The notes under the pieces: generated by a model
Told to the model about the DNA's origin: nothing
Seen by the model: the letters and a program-made list of their open reading frames with translations, nothing else
Databases searched by the model: none
Translations under genes and position numbers: made by a program
NCBI RefSeq assembly: GCF_009914755.1
Contig: NC_060944.1
Strand: one strand, 5' to 3'
DNA: 64,000 bases
Origin: the human T2T-CHM13v2.0 reference genome, Homo sapiens
Shown here: positions 37,512-49,403 of the stretch, in pieces
Position numbering within the stretch: the stretch's first letter is position 1
Layout of the letters: every line of letters starts with the position of its first letter

Positions 37512-37655
37512 CAGGACCAGCTCAAAAATTTTAGAGTACCACGCAAAATAAGAACGTTGGGCTTCTTGCTCAAAAATTAAGAATTCTGGGACAGCAGTGG
37601 CGGAGCATGCAGCCTTCTGAGCGCAGACGTCGGGACACCAGGGACGCTGGCCGGG
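37512..37655 (-). mobile_element. MER45A, reverse orientation
   Basis: CAGGACCAGCT..GCAAAAT..CTTGCTCAAAAATTAAGAATT..GAGCAT..CCTTCTGAGCG resembles the reverse complement of the element at 3395. Confidence 0.6.
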
Positions 37656-37819
37656 AGCGAGGGAGGGGCTTTACCGAGGAATGGGTTTCCTCCTCCAGCC
37701 TTGTTCTGGAGATCACGCCTGTGCAATCTTTTTAAATACAGAACAGAAAAAAATGCCAGCCCCCCGCAGCCTGGTCACGAGAATGCCAGGATCTCAGGGC
37801 ACCTGCTGGCTGACCTTCG

Positions 37820-38060
37820 CTGAGATAGAATTTACACACTGCACATGCTCCCATCTGAAAGGGATGCCCCGCGGCCTTCAGCACATTCACAACATCGCGC
37901 AACCATTGCCACTCATTCCAGAACTTCCACCACCCCGAAAGGAGCCCATCAGAGTCTCCCCACTGCCCCTGTCAGCTCCTTGCTGTCCCTGTGGACTTGC
38001 TGGTTCTGGACACTTCATGGAATCAGAATTGGTGTGACACAGGGCCTTGTGGCGTGGACT
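37820..38060 (-). mobile_element. Old L1M 3' UTR fragment
   Basis: TGAGATAGAATTTACA..CATTCACA..GCAACCAT..TTCCAGAAC..CACCCC.AAAG..TTCTGGACA.TTCAT. Confidence 0.6.
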
Positions 38061-38372
38061 ACGGCCCTCTGAGCGGTCTTGACCTGTTCACCTAAAACCA
38101 GACGCTGAAATTAACCAGGCCCACCTCTCCAGGCCAGGGCGGGTGAATTCCCGGGGACCCAGCCCTTGCCTGCACCAGGAGAGTAAGCGGCTTATTAATA
38201 GGGTAATTTATGCGGGTGCCTGCGCACCGGGACGGACCAGCATCTATCATGGCTGTTTTGCGTTTCTTGATTTCACGATGTCTGTTGTGTGCTCAGGCCC
38301 CTCCTCTCCAAGGTCCCAGCTGTCCTTGCCCTGTTCCCTGTGAAGAGTGAAGAACCAACGCGGGCGGGGAGT

Positions 38373-38812
38373 GGACCGGTGGGGAGAGGGCCGGTGGGGA
38401 GAGGGCCGGTGGGGAGAGGACCGGTGGGGAGGGGGCCGGTGGAGAGGGGGCCGGTGGGGAGGGGGCCGGTGGGGAGAGGACCGGTGGGGAGGGGCCGGTG
38501 GGGAGGGGGCCGGTGGGGAGAGGACCGGTGGGGAGGGGCCGGTGGGGAGGGGGCCGGTGGGGAGAGGACCGGTGGGGAGGGGCCGGTGGGGAGGGGGCCG
38601 GCGGGGAGGGGGCCGGCGGGGAGGGTGCCGGTGGGGAGTGGTCTGGTGGGGAGGGGGCCGGTGGGGAGGGGGCCCGCGGGGAGGGGCCGGTGGGGAGGGG
38701 GCCTGCGGGGAGGGGGCCGGCGGGGAGGGGCCGGTGGGGAGGGGCCGGTGGGGTGGGGCCGGTGGGGAGGGGGCCGGTGGGGGGGGGCCTGCAGGGAGGG
38801 GGCCGGTGGGGA
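38373..38812. repeat. G-rich 15-16-bp minisatellite (GGCCGGTGGGGAGGG(G)), ~28 copies
   Basis: Direct inspection. Confidence 0.95.
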
Positions 38813-39579
38813 GGAGGCTGGTGAAGTAGCGTCAGGTGCGGGCCTGGCGTCGGCGAGTCAAGTCGAGCTGATCCAGGGCCTTCTTTCTGCAGCTTCATCA
38901 GGTTCTCAATTAGCGGAGGGCGCTGGCGGTGGAGGAGGGCATTAGCCGTGCCTGCTCTCGGGCTCTGCCTGCCAGAGTGCCCTCATGTGGCATGAGATTA
39001 AGGCTCAGCCTCTTTCCTGACAGCAGGTTTTCCATTTTTCTTCTCCTTCCTCCTCTCCTGGCAACAAAGTCCTTTGCTGGGCTGGGGGGTCTCCACTCTG
39101 ATCCACTTCCCTCCTTCCTGCCTCCCTCCCACGCCCTGGAAACCCCGGCCCATGACTCTTTCCCTGAGGGGGCCGCCCGCAGCCTCTCCCCCATGGGGGC
39201 TTTGCTCTGGGCACCCCCTTTCCCCCGGGGCGGGTGGGGCAGCGGCCGGGACTCAGGAAGATGGTGGCCCAGTGGGGCTCTCTCCTTGGGTGTGTGGGAG
39301 CGGAGTCCCCTCGCTCTTCTGGGATAGAACGCTCCGTTGAGCTCCCCAAACTGCTCCCATGCCGAGCTCTGGGGGAGGGAGTCTGTTCAGAGACGGTGCA
39401 GTCCTACCTTTTAGAAGGTACGCCTGCCTTTTTAAGCAGCTCAGCTCTCAACAATGCACAAGTGGCTTGAGTAGAAGAGCTGCTCCTGCTGGGAGGCGCA
39501 GGAGGCTGAGCGAGGCCCACCCTGCAGGGGCGAGGCCACGGTTTGTGTTATTTCCCATGATGACTCCAAACGCACCCGA

Positions 39580-40943
39580 GTCCCCCGGGCCTCCGCGCCT
39601 CCGTGTGCAGGTCCCCCGGGCCTCCGCGCCTCCGTGTGCAGGTCCCCCGGGCCTCCGCCTCTCCGTGTGCAGGTCCCCCGGGCCTCCGCGCCTCCGTGTG
39701 CAGGTCCCCCGGGCCTCCGCGTCTGTGTGTGCAGGTCCCCCGGGCCTCCGCGCCTCCGTGTGCAGGTCCCCCGGGCCTCCGCGTCTGTGTGTGCAGGTCC
39801 CCCGGGCCTCCGCGTCTGTGTGTGCAGGTCCCCCGGGCCTCCGCGCCTCCGTGTGCAGGTCCCCCGGGCCTCCGCGTCTGTGTGTGCAGGTCCCCCGGGC
39901 CTCCGCGCCTCCGTGTGCAGGTCCCCCGGGCCTCCGCGTCTGTGTGTGCAGGTCCCCCGGGCCTCCGCGTCTGTGTGTGCAGGTCCCCCGGGCCTCCGCG
40001 CCTCCGTGTGCAGGTCCCCCGGGCCTCCGCGCCTCCGTGTGCAGGTCCCCCGGGCCTCCGCGCCTCCGTGTGCAGGTCCCCCGGGCCTCCGCGTCTGTGT
40101 GTGCAGGTCCCCCGGGCCTCCGCGCCTCCGTGTGCAGGTCCCCCGGGCCTCCGCGCCTCCGTGTGCAGGTCCCCCGGGCCTCCGCGCCTCCGTGTGCAGG
40201 TCCCCCGGGCCTCCGCGTCTGTGTGTGCAGGTCCCCCGGGCCTCCGCGCCTCCGTGTGCAGGTCCCCCGGGCCTCCGCGCCTCCGTGTGCAGGTCCCCCG
40301 GGCCTCCGCGTCTGTGTGTGCAGGTCCCCCGGGCCTCCGCGCCTCCGTGTGCAGGTCCCCCGGGCCTCCGCGCCTCCGTGTGCAGGTCCCCCGGGCCTCC
40401 GCGCCTCCGTGTGCAGGTCCCCCGGGCCTCCGCGCCTCCGTGTGCAGGTCCCCCGGGCCTCCGCGTCTGTGTGTGCAGGTCCCCCGGGCCTCCGCGCCTC
40501 CGTGTGCAGGTCCCCCGGGCCTCCGCGCCTCCGTGTGCAGGTCCCCCGGGCCTCCGCGCCTCCGTGTGCAGGTCCCCCGGGCCTCCGCGCCTCCGTGTGC
40601 AGGTCCCCCGGGCCTCCGCGCCTCCGTGTGCAGGTCCCCCGGGCCTCCGCGCCTCCGTGTGCAGGTCCCCCGGGCCTCCGCGCCTCCGTGTGCAGGTCCC
40701 CCGGGCCTCCGCGCCTCCGTGTGCAGGTCCCCCGGGCCTCCGCGCCTCCGTGTGCAGGTCCCCCGGGCCTCCGCGCCTCCGTGTGCAGGTCCCCCGGGCC
40801 TCCGCGCCTCCGTGTGCAGGTCCCCCGGGCCTCCGCGCCTCCGTGTGCAGGTCCCCCGGGCCTCCGCGCCTCCGTGTGCAGGTCCCCCGGGCCTCCGCGC
40901 CTCCGTGTGCAGGTCCCCCGGGCCTCTGCGTCTCTGTGTGCAG
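39580..40943. repeat. 31-bp CpG-rich minisatellite, 44 copies, two main unit variants
   Basis: A=GTCCCCCGGGCCTCCGCGCCTCCGTGTGCAG, B=GTCCCCCGGGCCTCCGCGTCTGTGTGTGCAG; 1364 bp = 44 x 31. Confidence 0.98.
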
Positions 40944-41357
40944 GCTCAAGTTTGCCAACGTCCATGCACGTCTCAGCCTCTCAGCCTGGACTGGACAACT
41001 CGGCTTCGGGAATTCATTTAAATTCTACCCGCTACACGCCTTCCCTGGATTCAGGGCGGCGTCCAGTGAATTCATCACGCGTGTGCTGCCGTGAAGGTGC
41101 GGGGACCCCCCAAAAGGCTTCCTTCCCTGTCCTGCGTCCTGCCCACAAGGCGGTGCTGCTGGCACCAGGCCTGACCTGGCGCTGCCAGTGCTCCACTGTT
41201 TTGAGTTATTGACCAACAATTCACTCTCGGGTCCCGAGGGGAACTGGCCTGAGGCCACTCAAGCAGAGGCTCAATGAGGAAAGATAAATATTTCATGGTC
41301 TGGGTCGGTGAGAGAGGGAAATCAATAGCGCATCCCATCCTCAGTACGGCGCAGGCC

Positions 41358-41472
41358 TCCCACCCAAGGCAGCGAGTTGCATCCTCCGTGCCGCGCGGGC
41401 CCCTCGCACCCGAGGCAGCGAGTTGCATCCTCCGTGCCGCGCGGGCCCTCCCACCCGAGGCAGCGAGTTGCA
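41358..41472. repeat. ~45-bp tandem repeat, ~2.5 copies
   Basis: CACCC.AGGCAGCGAGTTGCATCCTCCGTGCCGCGCGGGCCC repeated. Confidence 0.85.
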
Positions 41473-42551
41473 CTTCCGGGCTTGTTCTCTTCCTCCCTTT
41501 AAGGCAAGGCTGCAAACTGCCAGGCCGATGGCCCGTGCTGGGAGCAGGCAGGTGTCCTGACTCCGCCTCCCAGCCGGTGAATCAGAGCCCTGAGATTCAC
41601 CAAGGGCCCTCTGCCCGGGCCGTGGAGGCAGAGCCTGGGGCTGGGAGAGGCCCTTCAGGACCCCTCTGTGGGAGCCGGACGCAGGCCTGGGGGTGTTGGA
41701 GGTGGGAGCGCTTCCAGGCCCCTTGTGTAGGACCAGAGGCTGCTCCGACCCTGCTCGGGGCTCTGGAGACAGAAGAACGGCATGAGTGTTTCACAAATGG
41801 TGCAGACAGTTCACAGGTCAAGACGGGGGACAAAAGTGACCACTTTTAGTTAAAAACAGGTGACTCCGTCCCAGGACAAGCACGATGCTGTGTTAGGTCC
41901 CGTTAGTCCCCGTGGAAAGCTGTCGGCTTTCCCTGGAGAGGACCTCGTTCTGTCCACGCCACTGCCCTGCGAGCGAGAGGGAGTGCGAGCGGGGCGTCCA
42001 CGTGCTCCCATGGGGGACCTGGGGCTGCTTGCCGCTTCCCGATTTTCCTTCAGCGCTGCTCGTGGCGTGCCCTTTCTCCCGTGGCGGAGTCACCAGCAGG
42101 ACGTGTGTCCCGCTCACGCTTTGGGAAACATGGCCTTGTAGCAGGAGCTGCTCTCGGGGTTCAGCATCGGGGGTGGCAGAGCCCAGTGCCTGCTGGGGCA
42201 TTGCCAGGCATCGTGGAGCTGGACCCAGAGCCAGGGGTCCCAGCTGCTGCTCCTCAAGGACCCTGTGGCTCAGGAAAGCCCTCCCATTGCTAACGTGTCA
42301 CCCGAAGGGCTTGGGGACCTCCACGCAGGATGGGCTTCAAAAGTCAGCTCAGGCGGTGCCCTGGCCTCGGGTGCGCGGGGAGACCACTGGCCTCCCTCAT
42401 GCCGGCTCCCTGCTGACTGTCTCGTGAGCTCCTGGCAGCCCTTCTAGAATGTTCTGGCGTGGCTCCCTGCTCACGTTTCTAAAGCAACTATCAGCCCATC
42501 CTCAATTACCGTGTCTCCAGGACCACAGACGACCTGGAGCAGCAAGAGTCA

Positions 42552-43049
<498 letters not shown>

Positions 43050-44324
43050 TCAGGAGCCAGGCCCGGGCCCCTCCAGCTCCACCTGTGCTCACCTGGGCAG
43101 GTGATGCCCCATGCTGAGCCTCTGCTCTCTGGTCCTTAGGGTGGGGGTGCAGTTCATGCCCCATGGGCTGGGTGAAAGAATAAACCCCCACCCAGTGGGC
43201 ACGTGCGGCGGGCACCCAGAGTGCTTGAAGTTTCCTTGTGAGGCTGCTGCTGACTCTGGGGAGGGACGGGGTCGTTGGAGTGGGGCCACCTGGCTTGGCC
43301 CGTTGCCCTTGGCAGCAGGAATACAGCTGCCCTGGGGGCTCCTCTGCCACACGGGCACTCAGGGGTGCTGGTCGTTGGGTCCAGGCAGGGTGGGGGCAAG
43401 AGCCACTGAGGGGCCCTGGGTTTGCATCTTAGGTGACGCTGCAGAGGTGAGTGGCCGGGGCATCCAGAGCTTCCCTGAATGACTGGGCCACGACAATGAA
43501 GGCGTCAGGGCTGCAGCCTGCTGGGCCTGCCCCAGCCAAGTTTTCAGGACGTCCTCTGCTTCTCCTTCGGGGAAGGAGCAGCCCTACTCCCTCTGATGGG
43601 GCTGCCTGGGAGGGTTGGATTTGTTGTTTGTAGGGAAAGACTGGGGTGGAGAGCAGGGTGCTGTGGCCCCTCTCGTCCCTTTCTGGTTCCTGGGGCTGTC
43701 TGCACAGAGCAGGTGGGGACACGCTGGCTGGATTTCATCTGGATCAGAGGAGGGTGAGAGGATGGTCTCCTGGTGGGGAGTGCAGAGCCTCAGCTCTGGA
43801 GTGTGGAGAAGGATCCAGCTTGTTGGGTGGTGTATGGTCAGAAGTGGGGACCTCGGGGCCTCAGATCTGGCCTCTGATCCCAACTCTGTTCCCCTCAGAG
43901 CCACCCTTCCCTCACCCATCAGGAGCCAGTAGCAGCCCCAGGACAGCTGCCGTGGGATAAATAAAAGGAGCCGCCTTCAGGAGCTGCCTGCCGAGTGTCC
44001 GCAGAACGTAGCATCTTCCCAGCACTCAGCGGGTCCTGATGGGCCTCCTTCCCACCGCCCTCTTCCGAGTGTGGGGAGCTCAACCCCTGACTTGGGGTCC
44101 CGGGACATTCAGTTTTGTGTGTGATCAGGGAGGCAGCGCCTGACCCACAGAAAGCACCTGCTACTGGTGGGGTCTCAGATCTGTGTACACCTGTGTCCCG
44201 GGCTCCTCACTGTCCGGGTGGTCGCACTGTCCCTGCGCTGCTGGACTTGGGGGCTTGGGTGCAGCCAGCCTTGTGCTCCTCAGCCTCCCTGGTACAGGAG
44301 GACTGTCCATCTGCCTGGCAGGGG

Positions 44325-45100
44325 CAAGGCCGTCTTCAGCGGAGAGACCTGGAGGCCACGCGGTCTGCTCAGAAGTACCTGCATGCAGTTTGATGCCCTG
44401 CTGCAGCAATCTTGAAATTCTTAGTAATTTTATCTTTGAATGCTCGCTTTGTAAGTGCAATCTAAGGATGGTGGCGTGAGCATGACTGAAGGAAGCTGGA
44501 GATGGTCAGGGTGCGAGTCCACTGCGGAGCCAGTAGGTGCCAGTGGTTCGAGAGGCCACGCTTTCCCTTGACTCAGAGCTGGCCCCAAGTGCAGAAAGGA
44601 GGTGGTGTTGCTCTCAGATGCCCACACAACCAAGGACACATCCCCCCGTCTCCCTGGGACTCCCATGTGAGCTGGCCACCTGCACTGCAGATGACGATGT
44701 GGAAGGAGAGAGAAAGACAGGAGACCGCGGCTTTTCCTTTCAGTCCTTCGTACCCAACAGCAACTGAGAGGGCGTCCCGGCAGGGTATGAACGGCCAGCA
44801 GGACGCTGAGGCTGCGCGGCGTTTCCACCGTGCTGCAGGAACAAGATGCACATCGTGCAGGAGCCGCAGAGCACGCGTGCGGAGGTTTCGGTGGCTCTGC
44901 CCCGAAGTTAACGTGTGCGCGTGTGCCTTGACTTATATTTGCATTACTTAGAATGACATTCAATAGCAAATGAAAGACAGCCGGCAAGTCAATAGAGAGA
45001 ATGCGGAAGGAAGGAGAAGGCTTTGTTTGTGGCTCTGAGGGCACTTTTCCTCCTGCATTTGCATTTTGCACTGTGCAGATTTGCACCGTGCAGCCACCCG
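44325..45100 (+). mobile_element. MER45B hAT-Tip100 DNA transposon
   Basis: ATCTTGAAATTCTTAGTAATTTTATCTTTGAA..CGAGAGGCCACGCTTTCC..CTTTTCCTTTCAGTCCTTC..CTTATATTTGCATT..GACATTCAATAGCAAAT..CATTTTGCACTG. Confidence 0.7.
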
Positions 45101-47370
45101 GGCCTCCTCGGGTCTGGGGCTCCATTTCCAGCACCTCCACCCAGCGCTGTGGGCCCCTCCCCCACGCACCTCCCCCACTTTGGTGGTGACGGTTGTGGAG
45201 GAACAATCGTCAGTGATGGGTGAACTAGCTGTGTTTCACGTGGCCTCCTCATCACTCTGCCAAGCCCCTGGGGCAGACACATTTTGGCTGCCATCGACTC
45301 TAGAATGTTCTCTGGTGTCTCCAGGGGGTGTGCAGAGCTGGTCCCTCCCAGCGAGGAGCTCTGCTCACAGGTTCACACCCCCTGCCCTTTTCTCCAAGAT
45401 GGGAATGTCTGATGAGAGCCCCAGAGAAGAATCAGCCGCTGGGGGTCGGGGAGGTGTTGGACTCTCTTGAAACAAAGGAGGCCCGAGCCTGGGGTCACGG
45501 GGCTGGGGGTGGGGGTGGGGTGGGAGGGGGTGGGCAGTGACCTGAGAACAGGAAGGGAGGTGGAGGTCTCGGGTCACGGGTGATGGATGATGGAGGAACA
45601 GGCCCAGGAGGCCCTGCTTGCTGGGGGCTTCTTTCCTCTTGCGTAGTCACCCTGTGGGGGGCTCTCAAACTCACAGAGTTTGGCCGTAGGGAAGTGCAGG
45701 GGTGGCCTGGGAGGCTGCAGGCTCTGGGACAGCCTGGCTCACACAGGAGATGGGATGGCGCTGAGAGGAGACCCCGGGGCGCCCAGCGTCTCAGGCTATA
45801 AGGAGCAGCCACTCATTGTGACACCCGATGGTGAAATGCTGCATTATTATTTATGGTGTTGAATAATCACAGCACAATCATTGCAGGCCACAGGGCAGAA
45901 AGTGCTAATGTAGTTTAAAAACAGTACATTTGAATCTGGACACTGGCAAGAAAATAGGCAAAATAAATACTTTTGTCCACCCCTCCCTACCCTCTTTTGG
46001 TGACTTGGGGTGGCCTGGGTCGGTGCTCAGCCCAGGGTCCCGCGGCCAGAGCCAACCATGGCGCGCCTGGTCTCCTCCAGATAAACGCGCGCCCACGTCT
46101 CTGCTGGGCTTTGGAATTAGCTCAATACTCGTTCAGACGCAGAGTGCGTGTGCCCTGCCAGGACAGACGTCATTGCTGTGTGGTGCTTGAGTGCCATCAA
46201 TAAGCCACAGAAGAGAAATCCGGAAACAAGGGACACGCGGCGTGATTCCGTGCCACGGCGTCAGGAGCGGCATGTAACATCTTTTGGTTTGAGAGTAAAA
46301 TTCCGCAATCAGAAATGAAATCTGAGCAAAGAAGCAAAGCGCACAGAGGCTGGAGACGCTAAAGCATCCAGGCAGGACTCCGCCAGGTGGGGAGGCAGAG
46401 GCCTGTGCACAGGCAGACGGTGTGCCCATGAGCAGGACACGCTTGTAGGGTCACAGGTCACCCACCCGCAGGACACGCATGCAAGGTCACGGGTCAGCCA
46501 CCAGCAGGACACGCATGCAGGGTCACGGGTCAGCCACCCGCAGGACACGCATGCAGGGTCACGGGTCAGCCACCCGCAGGACACGCATGCAGGGTCAGGG
46601 GTCAGCCACCCGCAGGACACGCATGCAGGGTCACGGGTCAGCCACCAGCAGGACACGCATGCAGGGTCACGGGTCAGCCACCCGCAGGACACGCATGCTG
46701 GGTCACGGGTCAGCCACCAGCAGGACACGCATGCAGGGTCACGGGTCAGCCACCAGCAGGACACGCATGCAGGGTCACGGGTCAGCCACCAGCAGGACAT
46801 GCACACCCATGTGTGCACATGGGTAGGTGTGCTCGACCCACACATGTTGTGCCATCACCCCATCCTTGTCCCTGGAGAAAGGGCTATTGGCCATCGTGAC
46901 GGGGAGCCTCTCAGCTGCGACTGGGCCCTGGGAGCCATGGAGTCTTCTGGCCGCCTCTCCTGGCCACCAACCAGGAACCCCAGGCCCCAGGCCCACGGTT
47001 GCATCTGCTGTGCCATCCTGTGGACAAATGGACGATCCAATCCAGACGGCACTGCAGGGGACTGAACGGGGCTCTGAAACCCGGCCGGAGCTGCCCTCAG
47101 GCCACCCTCCTCACCTTGAGCCATTCCCCTGCTCCGTCACCTGTGTCAGGCCTGGGTGCCACCAGGAGGCCTCCTTCCAGCTCTCTGCAAGCTGGCCCCG
47201 TGTTCACGGGCATCCAGCGGGATCCACCATGGAAAGACAGCTTTCTCAGAGGCATCTCAGCACGTGGGCCCAGCCAGAACCTCGAGGGCTTCTGTCCCTG
47301 GAGGGCAGGGCAGAGCGGGAGGACACAGGGACACAGAGAAGGTATCAGCTGACGAGGGCAGGGCAGAGCA
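44550..47370 (-). ncRNA. LINC00029: Probable spliced minus-strand lncRNA (locus recalled as LINC00029)
   Basis: Minus-strand donor AAG|GTGAGG (47115/47114) and acceptors CTTTGCTTCTTTGCTCAG| (46322/46321) and CCTCCCTTCCTGTTCTCAG| (45542/45541); name and outer limits from memory. Confidence 0.35.
46433..46803. repeat. 36-bp minisatellite, 10 copies plus a partial
   Basis: Unit CAGGACACGCATGCAGGGTCACGGGTCAGCCACC(C/A)G. Confidence 0.97.
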
Positions 47371-47460
47371 GGAGGACACGGGGACACAGAGAAGATGGCA
47401 GCTGGCTGAGGGCAGGGCAGAGCAGGAGGACACAGGGACACAGAGAAGGTGGCAGCTGAC
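47300..47460. repeat. ~54-bp tandem repeat, 3 copies
   Basis: GAGGGCAGGGCAGAGC.GGAGGACAC.GGGACACAGAGAAG.T..CAGCTG. Confidence 0.9.
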
Positions 47461-48174
47461 TCGGCGGGAGCGGAAGGTGCTGCTTTCTTCGAGGTCCCCC
47501 TCTTTGCGGCTCACCCTTCTCCCTCTATGGCCCCCTTAACCCCAACCCCCCTCGGCCGCCTCTCTGAGTAAAGGACAGGCCAGCGCCGAGCAGGTATGTC
47601 CCCTGCCAGGGTCCCCCGCACACCTGGATCTTCTAGGCTGGGGAGTAGTGGAAGGATCTGCGGGGCTCTCGAAGCCGTCTGGGAGGAACGTCAATGACCA
47701 GAGGAAGGAACAAGGGTTTCGGGTGGGATTGGCCAATTCCCTGGGTCATTTCAGAACCACGAGCTTGTCTTCCTGGGTTACAGGGTCCTGAGCTTGGCCG
47801 AAAAGGGACAAACGAAGGGCCGGGTGTGATGACCCTGCATAGGTTTGACAGCCCCGTGTCCTTCCAAATCAAGTGAGTGGGTCTGGGTCCCCGGCCCCCT
47901 CCAGCCTGGGGTCCAAGCCTCCCTGGTCTCCTCGGGCAGTCAGCCTCTCTGCTCCAGTGCCGTCAGTTGTCACCTACGTGGGTAAAACGCCAGGAGAGGC
48001 TGGATCCCCAGCTCACCGGCCTGTGGCCCGGGCATCCTGGGCTTGCAGAGGGAGGGCCGAGGGTGGTAACTAGGAGGAGTGGCTCTGAGCCGGGGAGGGA
48101 ACACGGCCAGAGGGGGACGAAGGCCACGCGGAGCACCGCGGGAGCCCCGCCGTCTGCGCAGGGTTCAGCCTTCC

Positions 48175-49160
48175 AGCCTCGATGTGGGAAGTCTCTCCAT
48201 CTGTTCAGGTTTTCTTTGGGTCTTTTTTCCAGCCATGTTTCGCAGTTTGCAGCGTACAAGTCTCACACTTCCTTTGCGAAATTATTCCTAAGTAGCTTAT
48301 TCTTTCTGATGCTATTTGACCAGGACGCTTTCTGCATTTCATCTTGGGGTGTTCACTGTCAGTGCAGAAATATCCTACGCCCCATGATCTTGTTAAACTC
48401 CTTCGATCATCTTATCAGGTTTTACTTCATTTTATTTTATCTTTGTAGATTCCTTAGGCGATTCCACCTACGGCGTGAGGCGTAGTTCTACGTCTTTTTT
48501 GCTAATCCCGGTGATTTGAGTTCCATGTTCTTGCCTCACTGCCCTGGCTGGAACCCGCTGTGCAGTGTGGGAGGAGCGGGAGGGGAAGGTCCCCTTGACT
48601 TGCTCCCTTCCGTGGGGAGACGGTCAGGCTTTCCCCAGGAAGCGTGCTGTAGGTTTCCATAGATTCGAGATGGTCAGGCTTTCCCCAGGAAGCGTGCTGT
48701 AGGTTTCCATAGATTCCATTGCTAGGTTGAGGAGGTTCACTCTCATTTCTGGTTTGTTGAAAGTTTTTTTTTAATTATAAATGGGTGTCAGATTTTGTCA
48801 AATGGATTTTCTATATCAATTGGGATGATCATGTGGCTTTTGTCCTTTATTTTATTAATATGATTTATTACATTAATTGAGTTCTGGCTGTTAAACCAAT
48901 CTTTCAGTCCTGGGAAATATCCCACTTGATCATGGTGTACAGTATTATCTTTTTAAAATAAATTGTTGGATTTGGCCAGGCACGGTGGCTCATGCCTGTA
49001 ATCCCAGCCCTTTGGGAGGCCAAGGTGGGAGGATGGCTTGAGCCCGGGAGGTCGAGGCTGCAGTGAGCTGAGATCGTGCCATTGCCTGGGTGACAGAGTG
49101 AGACCCTGTTTCAAAATAAATAAATAAATAAATAGTCGAATTTGGTTTGCTAAGTTAAAA
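48175..49160 (-). mobile_element. Old L1M ORF2 fragment with an internal ~50-bp duplication (~48620-48717)
   Basis: Minus-strand YAANCETWL..KENLNRWRD resembles ORF2p; GGTCAGGCTTTCCCCAGGAAGCGTGCTGTAGGTTTCCATAGATTC twice. Confidence 0.7.
48974..49132 (+). mobile_element. Alu monomer (FRAM/AluJ-like) with (TAAA)n tail
   Basis: GGCCAGGCACGGTGGCTCATGCC..GAGGATGGCTTGAGCCCGGGAGGTCGAGGCTGCAGTGAGC. Confidence 0.85.
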
Positions 49161-49403
49161 AAATTAAGTAAGTGTCCCGCTCAGCAGCATTAATTACATT
49201 CACGATGTTGTGTCACCATCACCACTAGCTACATCCCCAACTCCAAACAGAAACCCTGTCTCCGTGAATAACAACTACCCATTCCTCTCCACCCCCAGCC
49301 TCTCTTAACCTAGAATGTACTTTCTGTCTGTGAATTAGGCTCTTCTAGATATCTGATGCAAGTAGAATCATACAACATTTGTCCTTTTGTTTCTGGCTTA
49401 TGT

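Noticed and set aside
39359-41212. 472-617 aa ORFs in five frames
   Set aside because: Stop-free 31-bp VNTR; the same peptide appears in shifted frames
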